Part shown: in pieces, positions 1-6,604 of the stretch
Numbering within the stretch: position 1 is the first letter of the stretch
Layout: every line of letters starts with the position of its first letter
Assembly (NCBI RefSeq): GCF_006345805.1
Contig: NW_021828943.1
Span: forward strand, 1 to 7,218
Length of the DNA stretch: 7,218 nt
Source of the DNA: Octopus sinensis
Taxonomy: Eukaryota
Direction of reading: 5' to 3'
The notes under the pieces: model-generated
What the model was told of the DNA's origin: nothing
Databases searched by the model: none
What the model saw: only the letters and a program-made list of their open reading frames with translations
Position numbers and translations under genes: made by a program

Positions 1-289
1 TATCTACCTCTATGTGTGTGTGCAATTGTGTGTTATAATATATATATATATATATATATATAATATGTAGATATATATAGACACACACAAATATATATAA
101 TTGTGCGTGTGCACATATATATATACATACATATATATATATTATATATATATATATATATATATTATAGAGAGAGAGAGGAGAGAGAGATAAATATACA
201 TACACCAATTGATATATATACATATATATAAACAGTATATACATTGAAAATATATATATATATATATGTTTAATATATATATAGATATA

Positions 290-329
<40 letters not shown>

Positions 330-460
330 CACTGTATACATACATAAATTGACATAATATAGATGCATATAAATATACATGCGTGCATACATACATACAT
401 ACATACTTTGATATAATATGCATATATAAAAACATACATATAATTAGTTAATATATATGC
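1..460. repeat. Compound low-complexity microsatellite cluster: (TA)n, (GA)n, (TACA)n
   Basis: Long (TA)n runs at about 37-62, 131-165 and 255-325; (GA)n at 169-190; (TACA)n at about 386-405. Confidence 0.95.
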
Positions 461-592
461 ATTGATAACATACATGCATTTATCATTGTGTCTTTCTTTA
501 TATTTCTTTTCCTCTGTTTTCTTTACCTTGTTATTTACTACGTCAACTCATCCCCCCACACACACGTCATACATACAACACCACATAACACA

Positions 593-655
593 CCGCCGCC
601 GCCACCACCACCACCACCACCACCACACCACCACCATACCATCACCACCACCACA
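593..655 (+). repeat. (CCG)3(CCA)8 trinucleotide repeat plus degenerate CCA extension
   Basis: CCG x3 at 593-601, CCA x8 at 602-625, then an imperfect CAC/CCA run. It explains the poly-H and poly-P ORFs at 462-692 and 488-697. Confidence 0.9.
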
Positions 656-1120
656 CATGCAGCAATTCTATCGGAAGAAAACAAGAACATAGCATAAAAG
701 ATCAATCTAAACAGAAGCTAAAGTTAGGTGAACGCAGTGCATACAGTATTAGGAGTTCATCTCATACAGAGAATGTAAGGCCGTCATTTTTCTTCTTACA
801 AACGAACACGTCATGAAACTGTGTTAGATAAGAGAGCCAACAGGAAATAGGCAGCCATTTTATTCCTTTATGGATTTCATTATTTATTTAGGATTTGGCA
901 AATTTTAGGGTAATTTTAAAGTGGCTTCCGGTGTTAGATTCAATATCGTTTAATCCTTTAGCAAGAACTTTATTCTTTTTTCTTTCTTCTTTTCTCGCTT
1001 TGTTTGTTTTTGCTTACTTTTTTTATATATATTTTTTAGCGTTTATATTATAGTTCCGATGTTGTTTTTGTTTCTGCTCTGTTTTTCTGAGATATTTTTT
1101 AAAAATATTTTTCGTCTTAT

Positions 1121-1163
1121 TTGCTGTTGTCGTTGTTGCTGCTGTTATTGTTATTGTTACTGT
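1121..1163 (+). repeat. Degenerate (TTG/CTG/TTA)n trinucleotide tract
   Basis: ttgctgttgtcgttgttgctgctgttattgttattgttactgt. Confidence 0.7.
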
Positions 1164-1204
1164 ACATTTGTTTTTATCGATCTGTTATTTTAAAAAGTGC
1201 GCAG

Positions 1205-1346
1205 GTATATATATATACATATTTCCGTGCACACACACATACATAAACATATATGAACTTATATATACGTGCACCTATTTACAAAAGCTCATGTGTATAT
1301 ACGCATAAACACAGGCATGTGTATATGTAGATGCATACATGCACGC

Positions 1347-1383
<37 letters not shown>

Positions 1384-1520
1384 GAATGGTTGGTTTGGAA
1401 TTTTAGCTTTAGAAGATAAATACTGGCGTGTGTGAGTGTGCATATGTGTGCGTGCGTATGTATGTATCTGTGTGTTTGTATGCATGTATCTGTATGTCTG
1501 TAGACACACAGACAGACACA
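1205..1520. repeat. Compound (TA)/(CA)/(GT) microsatellite region including (GT)17
   Basis: Perfect (GT)17 at 1349-1382, with flanking degenerate TA/CA/TATG repeats. Confidence 0.9.
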
Positions 1521-1595
1521 TAAGGCATTGCATTACCAGAATCGTTACAGCATCAGACAAATATGCCTTGCTTTGTTTATTCTGGTTCAAGGTCT

Positions 1596-1653
1596 GGGTC
1601 TACATCCGTCAGTGATCAGTTTTGCCTTTCATCTGTCCCGGGGTGAATTAAAG
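1596..1653 (+). mobile_element. Diverged fragment related to the central domain of the SINE at 5811-6604
   Basis: TTTGCCTTTCATC (1621-1633) is identical to 5908-5920. It is followed by ...CGGGGTGAATTAAAG versus ...CGGGGTCGATAAATTAAG and preceded by a degenerate B-box-like segment. Element boundaries are not defined. Confidence 0.45.
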
Positions 1654-1850
1654 AAAATATTAGTGAAGGTCCTGGGCCGTAACTTTTTCTCCCTTCGGCT
1701 TCAGGTCTTAAATATTGATCTGGGTTACTTGTGCAAGGCTTGTGAGAGAGTCTGAATATGCTTTTGGTTACACGGTACATAGAACAGTTTCGATTTCGTG
1801 TGTTGGTCAAGTAGCAGTGAATAAATCCTACTTAAGCGTAAGGATGCAAA

Positions 1851-2578
1851 TACCGTAAATCCTCGAGTATAATCCGCCCTTGAGTATAATACGCATTGAA
1901 TTTTTAGGGAGGCTGTACTTCTGAAAACCTAAACCTTGTGTATAATACTTGAGTCGTGCGTAATTAAGCCAGCAGCACCTAGTCGAACAAGCACTTCCGC
2001 GCATGCGTAATACAATAATGGTGATGTTCTTAACTGTTATATGGGAATGTAATTATGTTTACAAATTGTTTTTGGTACATGTTATTCTGTGTTCTGAATA
2101 CTTTTATTTTAATAAATGTTGCTTACTGCAAGTTATGGATGATTCTTTTATGACTTCATTGCTTTCAGGCTTAGTTAAAATATTTTCGCGCCCGAAATCA
2201 CAAAATGCGTCTGAATAAACATTGCCGGACAACAAATAGAGACTCGGACATTGCTTAGAAAATGCTTTTCATTTTTAACCTCATACGCACTAAGGATAAT
2301 GACCTTTACCCCTTTTGTTACTATATTTCTGTTGAGATGTTCTGTATTTCTTTCAATTGATTTTAAATATAACAAAGAATTTAGTAAAATAATTTAGCTA
2401 TCATCCAGCTAGTGTTAAGAACATAAATTGTGACTAAAGTTTGGTGGAAGATTTCAATTCAAAACCTTTGAAAACAAGATATTTGTACTACAGAGCCAGA
2501 GGCAGTTTTAGCCGGGCTGGTAACGAAAGAGTTAAATTTTGGGGGGAAAATGCGGATTATACTCGAGGATTTACGGTA
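1851..2578. mobile_element. Non-autonomous Tc1/mariner-superfamily (pogo/Tigger-like) DNA transposon (MITE) with TA target-site duplication
   Basis: TACCGTAAATCCTCGAGTATAATCCGC (1851-1877) is the exact reverse complement of 2552-2578: a 25-bp TIR plus TA at each end. Subterminal repeats of the TIR core lie at 1878-1892 and 1934-1948. No transposase ORF inside. Confidence 0.92.
2306..2535. mobile_element. piggyBac-like MITE (TTAA target) nested in the pogo-like element
   Basis: Left end is TTAC + CCCTTTTGTTACTA (2306-2323); right end is TGGTAACGAAAGAG + TTAA (2518-2535). TIR match is 11/14. CCCT-type termini with TTAA are piggyBac hallmarks. Removing the element rejoins GACCT-TTAA-ATTTTGGGGGG directly upstream of the host TIR. 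Confidence 0.75.
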
Positions 2579-2766
2579 GGTAAAATAATCCTCTCTTCAC
2601 AAATAACAGCAAAATCTGAAGCAAAGTGGAAACAAACATAGAATACTATTACGCGTGAGACAAGCAAAGGTATGTGTGTGAAAAGTGTAGCAATATAAAG
2701 CGAATAAACAACAAACAAACAAGCATACAGTGAAGTTGAATACACTATTGGAAGAAACAGGCAAGA

Positions 2767-2801
2767 ATCTGACGTTTCAATTGTTACTTTTTGTCAAAGA
2801 T
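2767..2801 (-). ncRNA. Minimal type I hammerhead-ribozyme-like motif (Penelope-associated type), U3-A8 variant
   Basis: Minus strand reads ATCT-TTGACAA-A-AAGT-AAC-AATT-GAAA-CGTC-AGAT. It has a 4-bp stem I (ATCT/AGAT), core UUGACAA (canonical CUGANGA), stem II with 3 of 4 pairs, GAAA, an ACGU palindrome and a GUC cleavage triplet. Activity is unknown. Confidence 0.5.
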
Positions 2802-2907
2802 AAGAAAAAAAGAATAAAAAAAACATAGAAACAGGAGAAAAAGAAAGAAAAATGTATGAAGCCAAAAAGGGGTTTGTTCACATGGCAAGGTCAGAGTAGA
2901 GATTCTA

Positions 2908-2942
2908 CATTTTGATAAAGGGTTTCACCCGAAACATCGGAT
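2908..2942 (+). ncRNA. Degenerate minimal hammerhead-ribozyme-like motif, U3-A8 variant
   Basis: TTGATAA (2912-2918)-A-GGGT-TTC-ACCC-GAAA-CATC-GGAT. Stem II is perfect, but CGTC has become CATC and stem I has only two G-U pairs, so it is probably inactive. Confidence 0.45.
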
Positions 2943-3136
2943 TTTCTTTTCTTTTTTCTTTTACTTTTAAGTTGTATCGTTCCTTGTTTTTGTTTTGTTT
3001 TGTTTCTTACTTTATACCTCTACACTTTTCATCCATATATTTTCGCTTGTCTTAATCGGAATAGTAGATTTTGTTTGTTTATTTCCTCTTTACCTCCAAT
3101 TTTGCTTTAATTATTTGTAAGATTTTTAAAAAATTA

Positions 3137-3240
3137 TACATGCATACATATATATACATATACACACATAACACACACACACACACATGCATACATACAT
3201 ACATACATGCATGCATACATACATTTACACACACATACGT
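3137..3240 (+). repeat. Compound (TA)/(CA)/(TACA) microsatellite
   Basis: Directly visible repeats immediately 5' of the SINE. Confidence 0.9.
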
Positions 3241-3241
3241 A

Positions 3242-3393
3242 GGCGCAGGAGTGGCTGTGTGGTAAGAAGCTTGCTTCCCAACCGCATGGTTTCGGGTTCA
3301 GGCACTCTGGGCAAATGTCTACAATATCCTCAGGACGACAAAAGCCTTGTGAGTGGAGTTGGTTGAGAGAAACTGAAAGAAGCCCGTCGTGTG

Positions 3394-3453
<60 letters not shown>

Positions 3454-3684
3454 TGTGTAAGTGAATGAGTGTGTGTGTGTTTGTCCCCACCATCGCTTGA
3501 TAAACGATGTTGGTATGTTTACGTCCCCCGTAACTTAGCGGATCGGCAAAAGAGGGCAGATGAAATAAGTACTAGGCTTACAAAGAATAAAGTCCTTGGA
3601 TCGATGATTTGTTCGACTAAAGGCGGTGCTCCGGCATGGCCGCAGTCATATGACTGAAACAAGTAAAAAAAGAATAAAAGAATA
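3242..3684 (+). mobile_element. tRNA-derived CORE-type SINE (octopus OR-like family), copy 1
   Basis: Colinear with the copy at 4813-5261. A-box-like TGGCTGTGTGG at 3252-3262; B box disrupted by a ~12-nt deletion relative to copy 2; internal (TA)n(TG)n at about 3389-3481; tail TAAAAAAAGAATAAAAGAATA. The family name is from recall. Confidence 0.88.
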
Positions 3685-3701
3685 CATACATACAAACAGA
3701 A

Positions 3702-3702
<1 letters not shown>

Positions 3703-3746
<44 letters not shown>
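3703..3746 (+). repeat. (GACA)11 tetranucleotide microsatellite
   Basis: Eleven perfect GACA units. Confidence 0.95.
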
Positions 3747-3784
3747 GCAATTTTTCTCATACTGTGGTGAATGCTGCGATGAAT

Positions 3785-4300
3785 GAAACAAAGCTTTCAA
3801 ATATTACATGTAACAGTGATGAAGATGGTTTTAACCTTGTGTGAAGATCCTGCTGTTAAAGAGAATTGTTTTGATACCAGCAGTCTACGAAAGAGAAACT
3901 TAGAAAATAGGGTGTCAGGATCATTCAGAGGTTGAATGCGTTTCACCAATGGCGTCAAAGCAGAATACTTAAGATCACTTACAAGGGCAAGATCCCAAAC
4001 TCTGAAGGTCTGAAATAACCAACGTTCGGGTGCAGCGTGCAGGAGATTGCGGCGAAAAGGTCATGTTTTTTTAACTGCCAGAGAAATGAGTGCCCAAGAC
4101 AACTATACAATGGGTACTAATAAAGGGACGAATGAAGAGGAGAGGCTACACTAAGGCCAACCACGCCACCTTCACACAAGATCTGAAGCGATTTAGCATC
4201 GCCGGTGAAGATGTACGTGTCTATACTCAAAACCGAGAGACGCCTTGCTAGGTCTACTATGCAAGAGCTAAGGCTTATGCTTACACCATGACGAAGAGAG
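3785..4300 (+). pseudogene. Degraded 3' end of an RTE-clade non-LTR retrotransposon ORF (post-RT C-terminal region)
   Basis: 3841-3900 reads VKILLLKRIVLIPAVYERET, then TAG at the conserved W (cf. TKIRLF...V...LLYGSETW). After a +1 shift, 3929-4015 reads RLNAFHQWRQSRILKITYKGKIPNSEGLK (cf. RLNAFH.RCLRRILGI.W.D...N.EVL). 4126-4248 reads GRMKRRGYTKANHATFTQDLKRFSIAGEDVRVYTQNRETPC (cf. G.R.RG.P...W.D....DLK). Multiple stops and frameshifts. Confidence 0.78.
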
Positions 4301-4303
4301 AAG

Positions 4304-4376
4304 GTTCTCATTAATATTAATATTGTGTTCTCATTAATATTAATATGGAGATATAAAGTTTTCATTAATATTAATA
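4304..4376. repeat. Three near-tandem copies of GTT(C/T)TCATTAATATTAATA
   Basis: Copies at 4304-4323 and 4327-4346 are identical 20-mers; the third is at 4358-4376. Each contains the 12-bp palindrome ATTAATATTAAT. Confidence 0.9.
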
Positions 4377-4505
4377 GTTATATGGTGAGAAATCTTATTT
4401 TGTGCTCACATTCATAATGGCGGGGGCGGGATTTCGCTAATATATGTGAACAGGGCTGATATTTGTCAGCTTTTGGATCGCTATTGTAGAGTATTTCATT
4501 TATAA

Positions 4506-4690
4506 TACAAAGAAGGGCTGAAAAGTTTCTGGGTTATTCAACATATTTCCCTCTCAGATTCACACACTTATTGCAGTGGTTATTCAGTTTTTCTAAGCCA
4601 TGAAAAAATACTGGGATATTTGGGTCTCCTATTAAGCCTTTCACGATACCCTTAAAGCCAGGAACTTTTCAGCATCCCCCCCACCCTGTA
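4506..4690 (-). mobile_element. mariner deletion derivative retaining TIR cores and the transposase C-terminal codons
   Basis: GCTGAAAAGTTTCTGGGTT (4517-4535) matches the reverse complement of 4655-4673 at 17/19. Minus strand 4608 to 4534 reads FFHGLEKLNNHCNKCVNLRGKYVE*, matching the mariner C-terminus pattern (FF..G...L..RW.KC....G.YVE). TA at 4506 and 4689. Confidence 0.82.
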
Positions 4691-4812
4691 TAGTGGGGTT
4701 ATTCATGCAGTCACTAACAAAAGACTGCCTCTAGTGTTGTTTAACATCTAACAACAAGAGTCAAGAGAGATAAAACCAATATAAATAATTAATTGTAATT
4801 TTTGTGTGGATA

Positions 4813-5261
4813 GGCGCAAGAGTGGCTGTGTGGTAAGTAGCTTGCTTACCAACCACATGGTTCCGGGTTCATTGCCACTGCGTGGCACCTTGGGCAAGTG
4901 CCTTCTACTATAGCCTCGGGTCACCCAAAGGTTTGTGGGTGGATTTGATAGACGGAAACTGAAAGAAGCCCATCGTATATATGTATATATATATATATGT
5001 GTGTGTGTGTATATATATGTTTGTGAGTTTGTATTTGTTCCTCCCCCCCCAATCGCTTGACAACCGATGCTGGTGTGTTTACCTCCTCGTAACTTAGCGG
5101 TTCGGGGAAAAAAGAGACCGATAGAATAAGTACTAGGCTTACAAAGAATAAGTCCTGGCAGGGGTCGATTTGTTCGACTAAAGGTGGTGCTCCAGCATGG
5201 CCGCAGTCAAATGAATGAAACAAGTAAAAGAATAAAAGAATAAAAGAATAAAAGAATAAAA
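4813..5261 (+). mobile_element. tRNA-derived CORE-type SINE (octopus OR-like family), copy 2
   Basis: A-box-like 4823-4833; B-box-like GGTTCATTGCC 4866-4876; CORE-like ACCTTGGGCAAGTG 4887-4900; internal microsatellite at about 4976-5035; tail (TAAAAGAA)4 from 5225. Confidence 0.9.
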
Positions 5262-5543
5262 TAGACGATTAAACTGTGAGTGGAAAACGTGTTTTAAATT
5301 TTTAACTGCGAAATTAAATTTCCTGTTTATTTCAGTACTGATGTTAAATATCCTTCAGAAATAGTGCTGGCATTTTCTGGAAATAAACTCTGCATATCTC
5401 GACAGAAAATAGTTTCAAACATGATATTCTTCAACAAAAGTTAGATTGTTGTATAAAACTACTTTCTGCTGTTGATGGTAATGAAATTTTGAGCGGATGT
5501 ATCTAATTTCTGCTGTAGAAGAATTAAAACTGGTATTCTGTCA

Positions 5544-5747
5544 GTTACGACGACGACGAGAGCTCCAGTTGATCCGATCAACAGAACAGCCTGCTCGTGA
5601 AATTAACATGCAAGTGGCTGAGTACTAAACAGACATGTATACCCTTAATGCAATTCTCAGGGAGATTCAGGGTGACACAGAGTGTGACAAGGCCGGTCCT
5701 TTTGAATTACAGGTACTACTCATTTTTGCGAGCTGGGTGGACTGGAG
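5544..5747 (-). mobile_element. 3' fragment of a third SINE-like family
   Basis: GC-richer block with abrupt edges. On the minus strand it ends in a hairpin (GTTGATC-G-GATCAAC, 5568-5582) and a (TCG)4 tail. It resembles an octopus interspersed repeat I recall; not verified. Confidence 0.5.
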
Positions 5748-5810
5748 AAAAGATTCAGCGGAGTGGAAAGATCCAGGAGGTACCCAAGAGTGGGGGACAG
5801 AAAGATCCAA

Positions 5811-6604
5811 GGCGGCGAGCTGGCAGAATCGCTAGCACGCCGGGCGAAATACTTAGCAGTATTTCGTCTGCCGTTACGTTCTGAGTTCAAATTCCGCCGA
5901 GATCGACTTTGCCTTTCATCCTTTCGGGGTCGATAAATTAAGTACCAGTTACACACTGGCGTCGATGTAATCGACTTAATCCGTTTGTCTGTCCTTGTTT
6001 GTCCACTCTGTGTGTAGCTCCTTGTGGGCAGTAAAAAATAAGAAACGTTAGCACGCCGGGCGAAATGCTTAGTGGTACTTCGTCTGTCGAGGCGGCGAGC
6101 TGGCAGAAACGTTAGCACGCCGGACGAAATGCTTAGCGGTATTTCGTCTGCGTTACGTTGTGAGTTCAAATTCCGCCGAGGTCGACTTTGCCTTTCATCC
6201 TTTCGGGGTCGATAAATTAAGTACCAGTTACGCACAGGGGTCCATGTAATCGACTTAATACCTATGCCTGTCCTTGTTTGTCCCCTCTGTGTGTAGCTCC
6301 TTGTGGGCAGTAAAGAAATAAGAAACGTTAGCACGCCGGGCGAAATGCTTAGTGGTACTTCGTCTGTCGAGGCGGCGAGCTGGCAGAAACGTTAGCACGC
6401 CGGGCGAAATGCTTAGCGGTATTTCGTCTGCGTTACGTTGTGAGTTCAAATTCCGCCGAGGTCGACTTTGCCTTTCATCCTTTCGGGGTCGATAAATTAA
6501 GTACCAGTTACGCACTGGGGTCCATGTAATCGACTTAATCCCTTTGTCTGTCCTCGTTTGTCCCCTCTATGTTTAGCCCCCTGTGGGCAATAAAGAAATA
6601 AGAA
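5811..6604 (+). mobile_element. Head-to-tail trimer of a tRNA-derived SINE (octopus OK-like), period 280 bp
   Basis: Units at 5811-6044, 6091-6324 and 6371-6604 all start GGCGGCGAGCTGGCAGAA. A-box-like TGGCAGAATCG at 5821-5831; B-box-like GTTCAAATTCC from 5885; tails AAAGAAATAAGAA. Identical linkers at 6041-6090 and 6321-6370. Candidate TSD AGAAAGATCCA (5799-5809) / AGAAAAATCCA (6601-6611). Confidence 0.92.

Larger units (their letters stand above)
2594..3122. mobile_element. Old imperfect inverted repeat (arms about 2594-2798 and 2911-3122, 112-bp asymmetric spacer); probable Penelope-like element pseudo-LTR relics
   Basis: The reverse complement of 2630-2700 aligns without gaps to 3010-3080 at 54/71 identity, including CTACACTTTTCA 12/12. 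The reverse complement of 2766-2798 aligns to 2911-2943 at 23/33. Both arms start with a hammerhead-like motif. The inverted repeat is directly visible; the Penelope assignment is inference. Confidence 0.65.

Noticed and set aside
142-697. ORFs 142-435, 462-692 and 488-697
   Set aside because: Translations of (TA)n and (CCA)n microsatellites (YI repeats, poly-H, poly-P).
781-931. YY1-like GCCATTTT (854-861) and ETS-like CTTCCGG (925-931) as a promoter
   Set aside because: Short motifs expected by chance, with no associated gene. The minus-strand ATG in the YY1 motif opens only 15 codons.
1279-1810. ORFs 1279-1590, 1528-1755 and 1616-1810
   Set aside because: Microsatellite-derived or short, with no recognisable domain.
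2610-2669. 60-nt exon candidate (AG/GTATGT; QNLKQSGNKHRILLRVRQAK), in phase with 663-774
   Set aside because: It lies wholly within the left arm of the inverted repeat, so it is repeat-derived. Exonisation cannot be excluded without RNA data.
2003-2745. Short ORFs within the MITEs as transposase
   Set aside because: No HTH or DDE/DDD motifs; they cross element boundaries.
3071-3844. ORFs overlapping SINE copy 1 and the (GACA)n tract, and the similar ORF 4921-5223
   Set aside because: Their mutual similarity simply reflects the two SINE copies and simple repeats.
4418-4438. GC-box/E2F-like GGCGGGGGCGGGATTTCGC
   Set aside because: Isolated motif with no promoter context.
5336-5520. Exon candidates on both strands with good pyrimidine tracts
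   Set aside because: In-frame stops occur before any convincing donor, and no peptide is recognisable.
5597-6515. 204-aa ORF 5720-6334 and neighbouring ORFs
   Set aside because: The 204-aa and 86-aa ORFs are antisense read-through of the SINE trimer, and their internal peptide repeats mirror the 280-bp period. The two plus-strand ORFs run across repeat junctions.
5811-6604. CRISPR array or tRNA gene cluster
   Set aside because: Units are 234 bp with identical linkers rather than unique spacers, there are no cas genes, and the context is eukaryotic. The heads are tRNA-like but do not form a complete cloverleaf.
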